A stretch of 46,449 nt of DNA from the NCBI GenBank assembly GCA_052144015.1, contig JBKQRG010000380.1, forward strand, positions 1 through 46,449, given 5' to 3'. Of this stretch, positions 28,283 through 37,735 are shown piece by piece (position 1 is the first letter of the stretch; the number at the start of each line of letters is the position of its first letter). The translations under genes and the position numbers were made by a program. This stretch comes from Desulfomonilaceae bacterium. GTDB lineage: Bacteria; Desulfobacterota; Desulfomonilia; Desulfomonilales; Desulfomonilaceae. The notes below the pieces were generated by a model. It did not search any database, was not told where the DNA came from, and saw only the letters and a list, made by a program, of their open reading frames with translations.

Positions 28283-30139
28283 ATGGGGAAAACGGTAGTT
28301 TCCACTGGTGCAACCACTCAAGAACAGCCAGTTCCAGACACGCTGGAAAATCAGCCTAATGCCAAAATAAATGCTCCTGGCAGTAAAATAGGCGCTTATA
28401 TCCGTGTATCTACCCAGGAACAGGAAGCGCAAGGCACCCAAGAGGCTCAAAGAAATGCTATCAACACCTTCTGTCTTTCTCGTGGGCTAGATGTGCAGGA
28501 ATGGCTCGAAGAGCAAGAAAGCACCCTGAATTTTGAAAGACCAAAGTTTAGAAGGCTCCTAGAACAGGTCCGCTCAGGAGAAATCAGCACTATTGTGGTA
28601 GCTGCTTTGGATCGTTTCTCCCGTGATCAAATAGAGACTCTACAGGCTGTTGAATTGATAAAAAAGGTAGGAGCCTCTTTTTATTGTATCAGAGACAATA
28701 TTAATATTACCAATGGGAAAGCTGATTTTGCTTCTGAAATGGTCATCAGTGTGATGAGTCTCTTTGCACGGAATGAGCGAGAAACTATAAAAATTAGGAC
28801 GATGTCCGGAAAACAGCGAAAACAGCAGTCTGGAAAATGGATCACCGGACAAGCGCCCCTTGGTTATGAATTAGACAGACAGACCAAAATCCTTAGAGTC
28901 AATAGCGCAGAAGCAGCTATTGTGAGGCATATTTTCAATCTCAGGCTGGACGGAAGAGGCGGGATAAAAATTGTTAAACTCCTTAACTCAGCGAGCCCCC
29001 CTTACGAAAGGCGATATCAATTCAGAGGCTCTAGATACTGCCAAGTCAGCCAAAAACAAAGAACGGCTTCTTATTGCAGGGTGCGTTCTCTTCATGATGC
29101 TTATAAACCATGTTCTGGCTGCGTACTACAGAATGATGCAATTGATATTACGGGAACGTCCTGGTCCCTTACCCTAGTGAAGAAGGTGCTAAAGAATCGG
29201 GTATATTTGGGAGAACTTAAGATTGATGGTAAATGGAGTCCTGGTGCTCATAAACCCATAATTGATAAGGCCACCTTTGATACGGTGCAGGACTTGCTGC
29301 GAAAAGCATACCGCCAGCCATATGAATTCTATCCTAAGAATCCTCTATCTGGATTGGTACATTGTGGTTGCGGTAGGCGCATGTATGCGACTGCCAGTTT
29401 TCACACTCAAAAGAAAACGGGGAAACCAGGCACAAGATATTGGGCTTTTGTGTGTCCTAGAAAAAAGCTTGGAAAATGCAACCAACCGAATGTACCCATA
29501 CCGATGGTAATGAAACTCCTATTCAAACGCATAGATAGGATTCTTCAGAATCCCGAGACCGGTGAGATTATTAAGCAGGCCTATGAAAGGATTCTTTCCG
29601 AGAGTAAAGAGAGTGAGCCTGATACAAAGGAATTGAAAAGAGAGCTACAGGAAATTACCCAGGAATTAACCCGTTTGACACGTGCGTATACTCAGGCAAC
29701 ACTGGCTGGAATCAAGGATGAAACTCTAACCGAGCTACTTGACCGGATTAAGATTTCAGAAGAGCGCAAACAAAACATTGACACCAAAATAAAATTTTTG
29801 GACATTCAGAAAAACGAATTGAAAGACGAACTACAGGCCCTATCGTATGAACAACTGATAACCCAGCTTTCCAATCTGTGGATGTACTTTTCAAAGGAAC
29901 CCCTGAAAGGCAATGAGGTTGTGGGGCGAATGATTAGAGCATTTGTAAAACGAATAGAAACGACGCTACCAACAGAAAAATTTCCAGAGCACCGTGGACT
30001 CCGGATAACCCAAAGATTTGATAAGAAACTTTTGGAGCAGCCACTAAATCAGCTGCTCCAAGCTGTTATGAGACTGCACAGATTGGGCAGAAATCAGCCG
30101 CACATGGAGGCTGCAACACAGGACCGATCATCCTCATGA
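28283..30139 (+). CDS. large serine recombinase (integrase)
   Basis: N-terminal resolvase domain [10 protein letters not shown] (catalytic Ser) and LDRFSRD, a recombinase domain, a zinc-ribbon (CGCGRRMY...C) and a long coiled-coil. Its stop codon (30137-30139) overlaps the resumed comM ATG. Confidence 0.9.
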   Translation: MGKTVVSTGATTQEQPVPDTLENQPNAKINAPGSKIGAYIRVSTQEQEAQGTQEAQRNAINTFCLSRGLDVQEWLEEQESTLNFERPKFRRLLEQVRSGEISTIVVAALDRFSRDQIETLQAVELIKKVGASFYCIRDNINITNGKADFASEMVISVMSLFARNERETIKIRTMSGKQRKQQSGKWITGQAPLGYELDRQTKILRVNSAEAAIVRHIFNLRLDGRGGIKIVKLLNSASPPYERRYQFRGSRYCQVSQKQRTASYCRVRSLHDAYKPCSGCVLQNDAIDITGTSWSLTLVKKVLKNRVYLGELKIDGKWSPGAHKPIIDKATFDTVQDLLRKAYRQPYEFYPKNPLSGLVHCGCGRRMYATASFHTQKKTGKPGTRYWAFVCPRKKLGKCNQPNVPIPMVMKLLFKRIDRILQNPETGEIIKQAYERILSESKESEPDTKELKRELQEITQELTRLTRAYTQATLAGIKDETLTELLDRIKISEERKQNIDTKIKFLDIQKNELKDELQALSYEQLITQLSNLWMYFSKEPLKGNEVVGRMIRAFVKRIETTLPTEKFPEHRGLRITQRFDKKLLEQPLNQLLQAVMRLHRLGRNQPHMEAATQDRSSS

Positions 30140-31011
30140 TCGGTCCGCCGGGATCAGGCAAGACAATGATTTCCCAGCGTATTCCCACCATTCTGCCTGA
30201 GCCGATATTTGACGAGGCCATTGAAACTACGAGGATCTATTCCGCAGCAGGACGCCTGGGACGCAACGGATCGATCATGACTATTCGGCCGTTCCGCTCT
30301 CCGCACCATACAGTATCGGATGCAGGCCTTATAGGCGGTGGGATGATACCTCGGCCCGGCGAGGTTTCGCTGGCCCACAATGGGGTGCTCTTTCTGGACG
30401 AATTACCCGAGTTCCGCAAGAACGTGCTGGAAGTGCTCCGGCAACCATTGGAAGATGGTCAAGTCACGATATCCCGCGCGCAGATTGCGATTACATTCCC
30501 CGCCCGGTTCATGATGGTAGCTGCCATGAACCCCTGCCCGTGCGGGTACCGGGGAGATCCTAAACACAATTGTAACTGTTCGGCACAAACCATACAGCGC
30601 TACTGGAGCAAAATTTCAGGCCCATTACTGGACAGGATAGATATCCATCTGGAAGTTCCTGCGGTAGAATGGCGTGATCTTACGGCCACGAAGGATGCAG
30701 AATCCTCGGAGAACATCAGGGGACGCGTCAGTGAAGCACGGCAGATTCAGCTCGCACGTTTGGCAGGGACCGGATTATATTCCAACGCTCAGATGGGATC
30801 GCCCCAGATTAAGAAATTCTGCCAATTATCAGATCAATCCATGTCATTTTTGGAAAAGGCGGTGGAAAAGCTAGGGCTGTCGGCCCGAGCGTATCACCGC
30901 ATCCTAAAGATCGGCAGAACCATTGCGGACCTGGAAAAGGCTGAACATATCCAAACAGCCCACATCGCCGAAGCCGTGCAATATAGATCTCTCGACAGGC
31001 GGTATGATTGA
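30136..31011 (+). pseudogene. comM: comM/yifB 3' portion (AAA+ Mg-chelatase domain), separated from its 5' part by the insertion
   Basis: Starts [11 protein letters not shown] (Walker A), followed by [10 protein letters not shown] (Walker B), the Zn-finger-like [15 protein letters not shown] and the C-terminal Mg_chelatase_C region. Joining it to 17326..17982 gives ...[17 protein letters not shown]... in frame. Confidence 0.85.
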
Positions 31012-31699
31012 CTCGGTCGCGTGGATGATTTGTAAAGTAATAGAGCAATGGATTATTAGCTCCGTTGTTGGAAGAAGAATGATTTTCGGAAAGCGGATAT
31101 CCCGGGGGCAACCCTTTTGCAAAAGGTGCTCCGCGCACGGCGAACAATGCCTTTGTGCAAGCATTAAGTTAATCGAAGGCACGGGGCATTGAGCTGCATT
31201 GTTGGCCCCACGCCCAGTGGACCGGGACCCCCTTTCCGAAAACTCTTAAATAATTGCGGAGGGGCGCTGGGATAGCGACAGGTTTGCTTACCCGCACACG
31301 AGCTCATGAAGCATATTTTAGGAGTTCTTTTCGGGGGCCGGGGGGCGGTTTTCTTATTAATAACGTTCGATCTCTTTTCTTCTGGAGAAGAAATGCTTGA
31401 GCCGGCTCTCCAACTTACCTGTTTTATGAGTGAAATAGTGTCAGCCTGCCCCACCTTGCAGGACAGTGCTCACCCTATCACCAGCATATTAGAGTTTTTG
31501 CCGGAGGGGCCGGGAACCGGCTTTTTGCACAAAAAGCGGGTTCCCGGTGGCCTTCTCAGCGCCCCTGCTGATTCTTTGGCGAAAGATCCCAGCAGGCCGT
31601 TTTGGTTGCGGCCGCAGGCAGCGGCTTGCAAGAAAGAGCCGCCGGGAATCGCTGCGGAGCTAAATAAACAATCCATTGTGCAAGAAATCGGGGGAACAA

Positions 31700-32317
31700 A
31701 TGGAAGCCTGGTGGGAAGGACTGAGTGCTCTCAATGAGGTTTTTGCCATTTCTGCCCTGGCCTTCAGTGTGGCCTTTGTCGTGCAGATGATCATGATGGT
31801 GCTCGGACTGGATGCACACGGTCACGATATCGGGGGCACTGATATCCACGCGGCCGATATGCACGACGTCAGCCACGCGTCAGACGGCGCCCATGGCGTG
31901 ACACTGACGTTTGTTTCCGTTCGCTCTATCATGGCCTTCGGAACCCTATTCACCTGGGCAGGCACTCTTTATCTGGCAACCGGCACATCTCCGATTTTAG
32001 CTCTCGCCTACAGTGCTTTGTGGGGCTTAGCCGGGTTGTTCGGGGTTTCGTTTCTCTTATATTGGCTGCTTGGTATGCAGGAAATCGGCAATGTCCCACT
32101 TTGGAAGGCTGTTGGAGAGGAAGGAACAGTCTACATGGACATTCCTGAGGGAGGTACAGGCAAGGTCCGCATTCTATGCGGCGCAACTATATGCTTTGTC
32201 AATGCCCGGTCAAGGTCAAATAAGCCACTCCTGGCCGGGACAGCCGTGAAAGCAGTCGGCACACTCGATGCACGCACTCTGGAAGTTGAATATCTTGAAA
32301 AACGTGAGGAGGCTTGA
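31700..32317 (+). CDS. NfeD/YqiJ-like membrane protein (partner of flotillin)
   Basis: TM helices followed by a C-terminal OB-fold-like segment (GKVRILCGATICFVNARS...). The stop overlaps the region of the flotillin RBS. Confidence 0.6.
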   Translation: MEAWWEGLSALNEVFAISALAFSVAFVVQMIMMVLGLDAHGHDIGGTDIHAADMHDVSHASDGAHGVTLTFVSVRSIMAFGTLFTWAGTLYLATGTSPILALAYSALWGLAGLFGVSFLLYWLLGMQEIGNVPLWKAVGEEGTVYMDIPEGGTGKVRILCGATICFVNARSRSNKPLLAGTAVKAVGTLDARTLEVEYLEKREEA

Positions 32318-32318
32318 C

Positions 32319-33854
32319 ATGGCTACTTCAGCCGGTTTGACTATGATTCTGATACTGATTTTAATCGGGATTTTATTTATGTTTGTTAACCGGTTCAAAC
32401 GATGTCCGTCCAATCGAATCCTGGTCATTTACGGGAAAACCGGACAGGGTGCTGCAAAATGCGTCCACGGCGGCGCTGCATTTGTTTGGCCTGTGTTGCA
32501 GGCATCCGCATGGCTGGATTTGGAGCCGTTTGTGGTGCCTATTGAGCTGGCCAACGCTCTGTCGCAGGAGAATATTCGAGTGTCAGTCCCCACGACCGTC
32601 ACCGCAGCCGTAAGCATTGAAGAAGGGATAATGCAGAATGCATCCGTGCGATTGTTGGGCCAAACTATCGATGATATTAGAAAACAGGCCCAGGATATTA
32701 TTTTGGGTCAAATGCGAGCTGTGATTGCTACCATGAAGATAGAAGAGATTAACCGCGATCGGCAGGCATTCATGGCCAAGGTGAATGATGCGGTTTCCGT
32801 CGAATTGGAGAAGATAGGGCTGGCGGTAATCAACGTAAATATCAAAGATATCGAGGATGACAGTGGTTACATCAAGGCGCTTGGCCGTAAGGCCGCTGCT
32901 GAAGCGGTAAATCAGGCCATGATAGACGTGGCCGAGCAGGAGAAGCTCGGAAAAATTGGTGTGGCTGAGCGGGATCGCGACCAGCGGCGGTCCGTAGCCG
33001 CAGCCAACGCAGAGGCGACAATTGGTGAAGCCGAAGCGGAACGGGACCGGCGCAAAGCCGTGGCCGCAGCAGAAGCGAATGCCGCAGTAGGGGAAGCGGA
33101 AGCAACCCGTGATCGCCGACAGAAAACCTCTTTGCTCGACGCTCAAGCTGTTGACACCGAGGCTCAAGCCAATGCCAGCAAGGCGGGGTTCATGGCGGGC
33201 CAGAAAGTGGCCGAGGAGGAGGCGAGGAATAAGGGCCAGACTGCCGCGGTGCAAGCCGATGCATCAATTCGTGTGGCCCAGGAGGACGCGCAGAAGGCTG
33301 CAGAAGAAGCACGGGCTCGTCGCGAGCAGGCCAGGCTCAACGCTGAAGTAGTCGTACCGGCTGAGGCAGAAAGACAAAAGGCAGTTGTCAACGCTGATGC
33401 AGAGCGCCAGCAGAGGGTGCTCGTAGCCAAAGGAGAAGCTGAATCTGTCCTGGTTAAAATGCAGGCCGAGGCTCAGGGTGTCCAGGCCCAACTCGATGCC
33501 AAGGCCGCTGGTTACAAGTCACTCGTGGAATCTTGCAGTTCGGACCCTCAGCTCACCGCATCCTTGCTCATAATTGAAAAGCTCAAGGACTTGATGGAGA
33601 TTCAGGCCGAAGCTATCAAGCATCTCCCCATTGAAAAAATCATGGTTTGGGATGGCGGCGGTTCTGATGGGGGCGGAGTCTCCGATCTCGGGCGCAGACT
33701 TTTGGGCGTTCTTCCCCCGATGCATGAACTGGCCAAAATGGCGGGACTGGAGCTACCGGAATATTTAGGACGCGCCATGTCCAAAACTGATGCGAGATTA
33801 TCGGCTGAAACAGCGCAAGGTTCGGAAATTGAGACTCCGAAGCCGGTAGAATGA
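32319..33854 (+). CDS. flotillin/SPFH-domain protein (YqiK-like)
   Basis: An N-terminal TM is followed by an SPFH domain and a long Ala/Glu-rich coiled coil (EAEAERDRRKAVAAAEANAAVGEAEATRDRRQ...). A GAGGAGG RBS is present. Confidence 0.8.
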   Translation: MATSAGLTMILILILIGILFMFVNRFKRCPSNRILVIYGKTGQGAAKCVHGGAAFVWPVLQASAWLDLEPFVVPIELANALSQENIRVSVPTTVTAAVSIEEGIMQNASVRLLGQTIDDIRKQAQDIILGQMRAVIATMKIEEINRDRQAFMAKVNDAVSVELEKIGLAVINVNIKDIEDDSGYIKALGRKAAAEAVNQAMIDVAEQEKLGKIGVAERDRDQRRSVAAANAEATIGEAEAERDRRKAVAAAEANAAVGEAEATRDRRQKTSLLDAQAVDTEAQANASKAGFMAGQKVAEEEARNKGQTAAVQADASIRVAQEDAQKAAEEARARREQARLNAEVVVPAEAERQKAVVNADAERQQRVLVAKGEAESVLVKMQAEAQGVQAQLDAKAAGYKSLVESCSSDPQLTASLLIIEKLKDLMEIQAEAIKHLPIEKIMVWDGGGSDGGGVSDLGRRLLGVLPPMHELAKMAGLELPEYLGRAMSKTDARLSAETAQGSEIETPKPVE

Positions 33855-34123
33855 AAGCGTAACGTTCGCTTCGACCTTTTCTATGTCGAACCAACCGTTA
33901 TGCAGCCAGAAATCGGGAAAATCCGCGCCAAAGTCCGGCTAATCATAGTGTTTGCCAAACGTGATGGCGTGTTGCCACTCGTCACCCCGGCGAAAGCGGG
34001 GGTCCATACATTGTCCTAAGTAAAGCCTGGAACCAGTCCTTCCTGGATTCCGTCTTCCGCCGGAATGACGGAATCTGGCGACGTGTAATCGGACAGAACT
34101 TTTGGCAGCTATTGCCTATTGTC

Positions 34124-34507
34124 CTATGTCATGGCCCGCTTTGCTGCATCAAGCAAAAATGCCGATCGGGACATTTTGTGCCGTTTTGCATAATCGTCGA
34201 TGGATTCCAAGTCACGCTCGGGAATTGTAATATTGATCCGCTTTGTCTTGGTATCCGGCACAGTAACAAGAAACGGCACAGCACCTGCATTGGCTGGATC
34301 AGCCATAATTTCATCGAGAGAACAAGGCTCGGGGATAGGCTCTGCGTCTTCCATCATACCCTTTATATGAAATCTAAGAGCCTCCGCGGCCCTCTTGTGA
34401 GCCTCTTCCAAGGTCGTCCCAACCGTTATGCAACCGGGGAAGTCAGGGAAATCGACCCCAAAATCACTGTCTTTTTCTTTGCGAAGCAATGCTATATAGG
34501 TTGCCAT
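34124..34507 (-). CDS. hicB: HicB-family antitoxin with a C-terminal RHH
   Basis: MATYIALLRKEKDSDFGVDFPDFPGCITVGTTLEEA resembles the HicB N-domain. The C-terminal KRINITIPERDLESIDDYAKRHKMSRSAFL is a CopG/RHH fold. Confidence 0.8.
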   Translation of the reverse strand: MATYIALLRKEKDSDFGVDFPDFPGCITVGTTLEEAHKRAAEALRFHIKGMMEDAEPIPEPCSLDEIMADPANAGAVPFLVTVPDTKTKRINITIPERDLESIDDYAKRHKMSRSAFLLDAAKRAMT

Positions 34508-34509
34508 TT

Positions 34510-34719
34510 CTATGACCTCTTGCGGATGTCTTCCCTCAGTGTCAGCCCCGACTGGCGCCTTATACTGGCTAGGGTAGCGTCCAGGATGTCCTTGACAGGG
34601 TGCGGAGCAGTCACGCTGCCCGGCTTCGTTGGGTGCTTGAATTGGACATGATCGCCTTCCTGACCAACCTTGTACCATCCATCAGCCTTGAGCCTTTTTA
34701 TGAGTTCCCGGCTATCCAT
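34510..34719 (-). CDS. hicA: HicA-family mRNA-interferase toxin
   Basis: MDSRELIKRLKADGWYKVGQEGDHVQFKHPTKPGSVTAPHP matches the HicA consensus (ELIK.L...GW...R..GSH..F.HP). It lies 2 nt upstream of hicB. Confidence 0.8.
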   Translation of the reverse strand: MDSRELIKRLKADGWYKVGQEGDHVQFKHPTKPGSVTAPHPVKDILDATLASIRRQSGLTLREDIRKRS

Positions 34720-34802
34720 CTTTATTATACACACTCATACACATCAGACAAGGAGGTTGGTAAAATCAATAGTGACCCTTCGGACACGCTCGGCCAGGGA
34801 AT

Positions 34803-34893
34803 GTCATTGCGAGCGCAGCGAAGCAATCTCTATTCTCCTGCGTGGCTGGCAAAAGCCGCGAGATTGCTTCGTCGCTTCGCTTCTCGCAATGAC
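34803..34893. repeat. REP/MITE-like palindromic repeat, copy B
   Basis: GTCATTGCGAGCGCAGCGAAGCAATCTC ... GAGATTGCTTCGTCGCTTCGCTTCTCGCAATGAC with the internal loop motif TGCGTGGCTGGCAAAAGCC. Confidence 0.6.
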
Positions 34894-34933
34894 AAGTTGG
34901 AGCCCGCCATTGCGACCGCGTAACCCGAGACCT

Positions 34934-35044
34934 GTGATTGCGAGCGGAGCGGAGCAATCTCCTTCCTCATGCGTGGCTGGAAAACCCGAGATTGCTTTCC
35001 CGCGGAATGCGGAATTTCCCTCCTCGCACAGACAAATCCACGCC
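34934..35044. repeat. REP/MITE-like palindromic repeat, copy C (degenerate)
   Basis: GTGATTGCGAGCGGAGCGGAGCAATCTCC ... the same TGCGTGGCTGGAAAACCC loop ... CCTCGCACAGAC followed by AAATCCACGCC, as in copy A. Confidence 0.55.
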
Positions 35045-35199
35045 CATCCTGACTCAGGGGTTGCAATCAATAACATGGTGGCATGGAAGTTGACTTCCAC
35101 AGACTAATCGTGGGCTCCTCTTTCAGAATTGAATATCAACAGCGATCCGCCACTGGCAAGGAAAGGAAGTCCAAACCAGCTACCTCTGTTCTTCTTTCA

Positions 35200-35814
35200 T
35201 CATGGGAATCGGGCGCCTTCCAGGCGCCCGTGCTGAGTTCGAGCATCGTAGTCGGATTGTCTTTTCCTGCAATCTTCAACGAGACGGTGGCCCATGGCGT
35301 TAACGTCTCTTTTTAGTCCGTCGCAAGTTGCGTGTGGCTTCATGCCGGCAATTGCGCGCTCAATTTGAACGGCAGCTTCCACTGCAATGACCCTGTGCCT
35401 GCGTTCATGCTTTATTAAGGCTACAATATAGTTATCCCATTTCTGCCTCAATTCCTCAGGTGCGTTTGACCGATCTATCCACTTTGGGAAAGTAAATTTA
35501 ATCCGTACCGTTGTGTTTGCCGAAGTTATCCAGCAATTGGTACTGTTAGATCCGGACAGATAGCGCCAGCTCACATTCCAGTTCGTGTTTCCACGATAAG
35601 TTTTGCCGTCACTCCCTTTTACGCCGAACTTGTTCAGTTGAGTTCTAAGTTCTTCAGCGCTGCTACCTCTAACGTTATAGTAAACATTCTCTTCAGTAAC
35701 TGTGGGAGCAGCGTCAACAGGTGAAGATGTGATTACAATGATGAAAACAGGGAACAGGAGACACTGAAGAAAAACACGCACGAAACTGCTCCGGCGACGT
35801 GCTGTGAAAACCAA
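35200..35814 (-). CDS. secreted DUF922-like putative Zn-metallopeptidase
   Basis: A signal peptide and an HERRH (HExxH) motif are present. The DUF922 assignment is from memory of the family. Confidence 0.5.
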   Translation of the reverse strand: MVFTARRRSSFVRVFLQCLLFPVFIIVITSSPVDAAPTVTEENVYYNVRGSSAEELRTQLNKFGVKGSDGKTYRGNTNWNVSWRYLSGSNSTNCWITSANTTVRIKFTFPKWIDRSNAPEELRQKWDNYIVALIKHERRHRVIAVEAAVQIERAIAGMKPHATCDGLKRDVNAMGHRLVEDCRKRQSDYDARTQHGRLEGARFP

Positions 35815-35835
35815 AACTGAGCTTACACTTCCTTA

Positions 35836-36489
35836 CTACTTCGATTGCGGTAATCCAACCGATTGAGACAGGGTGATCTTTTGGTCAGGTCGCAGTTTCA
35901 TGACCTTGGCCAATTCATCCCTATTGATCAACGCTCTCACCACCGTAGCCAGTCCCTCTGACGCGCAATATAGATACACATTCTCACTGATAAAGCCGGT
36001 GTCGGCCCAAGATAGGGCCTGCTTCTCGGCCTCAGTAGGTTCGGTCATCCGCGAATAATCCGCAACGAACACCAGATTCACAGGGACATCCTTCACATAC
36101 TCCTGCGTGCCGCATTTTGCACGTATGTCTTCAGACAGGATGAGTTCTAAACTGTGGTTCTTTGCGTCGTATAGGAACACTCCGTTCGCTGTGGCGACGT
36201 ATACGTCAATCTCCTGCTTGTTTCGTGCAGTCGGAGCTGTCCGTTTTCCTGCTTCCGGCCGGTTAATGCCGCAAGCAGCCCAGAGCAGGTTAGACATAGT
36301 CTGCGCCGGAAGATTTTCGCGTTTGAAATCGCGCGAGCTTTTTCTGGCTTTGAGCACCTCCATAAGAGGTTTACCGATCGTCAGTTGCGGCTCGGGGAGT
36401 TTTCCGGGTTTAAGATCCTCGGCTGTTGCAGCGGTTACCATGATCAATGCCGCTGCCAAGGACAACGCCAATGCGAATCTACTTTTCAT
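35836..36489 (-). CDS. secreted nitroreductase-family / SagB-type dehydrogenase-like protein
   Basis: Signal peptide MKSRFALALSLAAALIMVTAATA. A nitroreductase-fold pattern is present (R.S.R.F....L....LS.LLWAA.G......RT.PSA......D.Y). Confidence 0.6.
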   Translation of the reverse strand: MKSRFALALSLAAALIMVTAATAEDLKPGKLPEPQLTIGKPLMEVLKARKSSRDFKRENLPAQTMSNLLWAACGINRPEAGKRTAPTARNKQEIDVYVATANGVFLYDAKNHSLELILSEDIRAKCGTQEYVKDVPVNLVFVADYSRMTEPTEAEKQALSWADTGFISENVYLYCASEGLATVVRALINRDELAKVMKLRPDQKITLSQSVGLPQSK

Positions 36490-36844
36490 ATCATTACCTC
36501 CTGTCAGGAAAGTGGGGCGGAACCCCGGTTTCAGTCTTTAGCAACTATTACTTTTATCCGGCACACAAATGTAATGCAACAATTCACATATAGGCAGTGA
36601 GAGGTTCTTGTCCGAACATTAGTTTAGGACCGAACCCATAATTTGCTTTTAAAAAGAACGAGGCCTCAGAGTTTCCTCCCCCAGGTCATGAAAATTGGGG
36701 GGGTGCCTAATAATACCGGCGTCTACACGCACTCCCACCCTCAACTAAATGGCCATATTCCACATCCACATTTCTGTTTTCATTTTTCCATTTAAAAAAT
36801 ATAATCGCTAACGCCGTTATTGTGTATGCAATTAGAGGGTAGGG

Positions 36845-37717
36845 TTGTCTGGTCGCACATTGATTAAAATATTGCTGTCGTTAGTAATGGTGCTCATTAC
36901 TGTGCCTTGGGTTTGCGCCCAAAGCTGCCCCTGGAATCTCACCTTGGATTCTTCTTTTAGAATCGAATTCCTCTTCGGCACACAAGCTATCAGAGATAGA
37001 ACGCCACCCCAGGATGTAGAGCGATTCCGAATCGATTCAAATTTCCGGCTTCCGGTTCTTGCCGGTAATGTCGAGATGACACCTCTAGTTTTTTTGTCCG
37101 GCCGGCTGGGAGGTTTAACAAGTGTCCTCGAACAGCAAGGTACTATTGACCGATCCGCAGCGGATTTCGATATTCAGGTTGCGGAGCGCAGGGTCATCAA
37201 TGCGAAGCCGAGTTTTAGCGGTTGGGAAGCTGCAGGACTATTTCATCTTTGGAACGACGGCGGATATCGGTTTAGTGTGACGGCCGGGTATCGCGAGGAA
37301 TATTGGAAGTTAGAAGGTGAAGGCCTGGAACAAACTTCATTTTTGAGCGAAAACTTTCAAACTCGTGTGCCCTTTTTGGGTCTGCAAACTGCGGTGTTCT
37401 TCCCCTGGTGGAAAGCACGCTTCGAACTGATCGGTTCCCGCTGGATGACGAAAATCGTCTCAGGTTCTCTTACTAATTCATTTCTAGCACAATATGAAGC
37501 GAAGGCAACCGGCGGCGGCTTGCTCGAACTGCAGGTCGAAGGGACCGCCAGCATCACACAGAATATTTTTGCAGGATTGCATAGCCGATACACTTTCCAG
37601 GAATCATTTGGGGAATTCATTAGAAAGGGTAATCTCAGGCCACCCGATCTCCCATTAGAGCTCTACATGGGCGACAGCTTCTTACTGGTCGGCGTGGACC
37701 TCACCGTGGCTTTTTGA
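36845..37717 (+). CDS. putative outer-membrane beta-barrel protein
   Basis: Signal peptide (LLSLVMVLITVPWVCAQS), alternating hydrophobic beta-strand patterning, and a C-terminal ...DLTVAF ending in Phe. Confidence 0.45.
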   Translation: MSGRTLIKILLSLVMVLITVPWVCAQSCPWNLTLDSSFRIEFLFGTQAIRDRTPPQDVERFRIDSNFRLPVLAGNVEMTPLVFLSGRLGGLTSVLEQQGTIDRSAADFDIQVAERRVINAKPSFSGWEAAGLFHLWNDGGYRFSVTAGYREEYWKLEGEGLEQTSFLSENFQTRVPFLGLQTAVFFPWWKARFELIGSRWMTKIVSGSLTNSFLAQYEAKATGGGLLELQVEGTASITQNIFAGLHSRYTFQESFGEFIRKGNLRPPDLPLELYMGDSFLLVGVDLTVAF

Positions 37718-37735
37718 ACGAAGCCCGGCATCTTC

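Larger units (their letters stand above)
17983..30135. mobile_element. about 12.15 kb integrative element inserted in comM (serine-recombinase-driven; satellite/integrative-plasmid-like)
   Basis: It is bounded by the two halves of comM. A TCATG pentamer is present at both junctions (gtgttcATG|cta and cctcATG|atcggt). A large serine recombinase sits at the right end, and the element has its own polymerase/Rep genes and AT-rich regions. No virion genes are present. Confidence 0.8.

Noticed and set aside
31306-31737. 143-aa ORF in the comM to nfeD gap
   Set aside because: It overlaps the well-supported NfeD-like start, has no RBS and a Gly/Pro-rich low-complexity translation. The region is more plausibly non-coding.
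34700-35100. Possible CRISPR array, given the repeated about 30-bp units
   Set aside because: There are only three units. They are long imperfect palindromes with non-uniform spacing and variable arms, and no cas genes are nearby. They fit REP/MITE-type repeats, not CRISPR.
34600-35107. Several overlapping ORFs (34600-34923 +, 34670-35107 +, 34804-35100 -, 34830-35066 -, 34766-34957 -) with peptides like SLRAQRSNL / IARSEATKQSR
   Set aside because: They lie entirely on the palindromic REP-like repeats. Both strands read open because of the dyad symmetry, so they are repeat artefacts and not genes.
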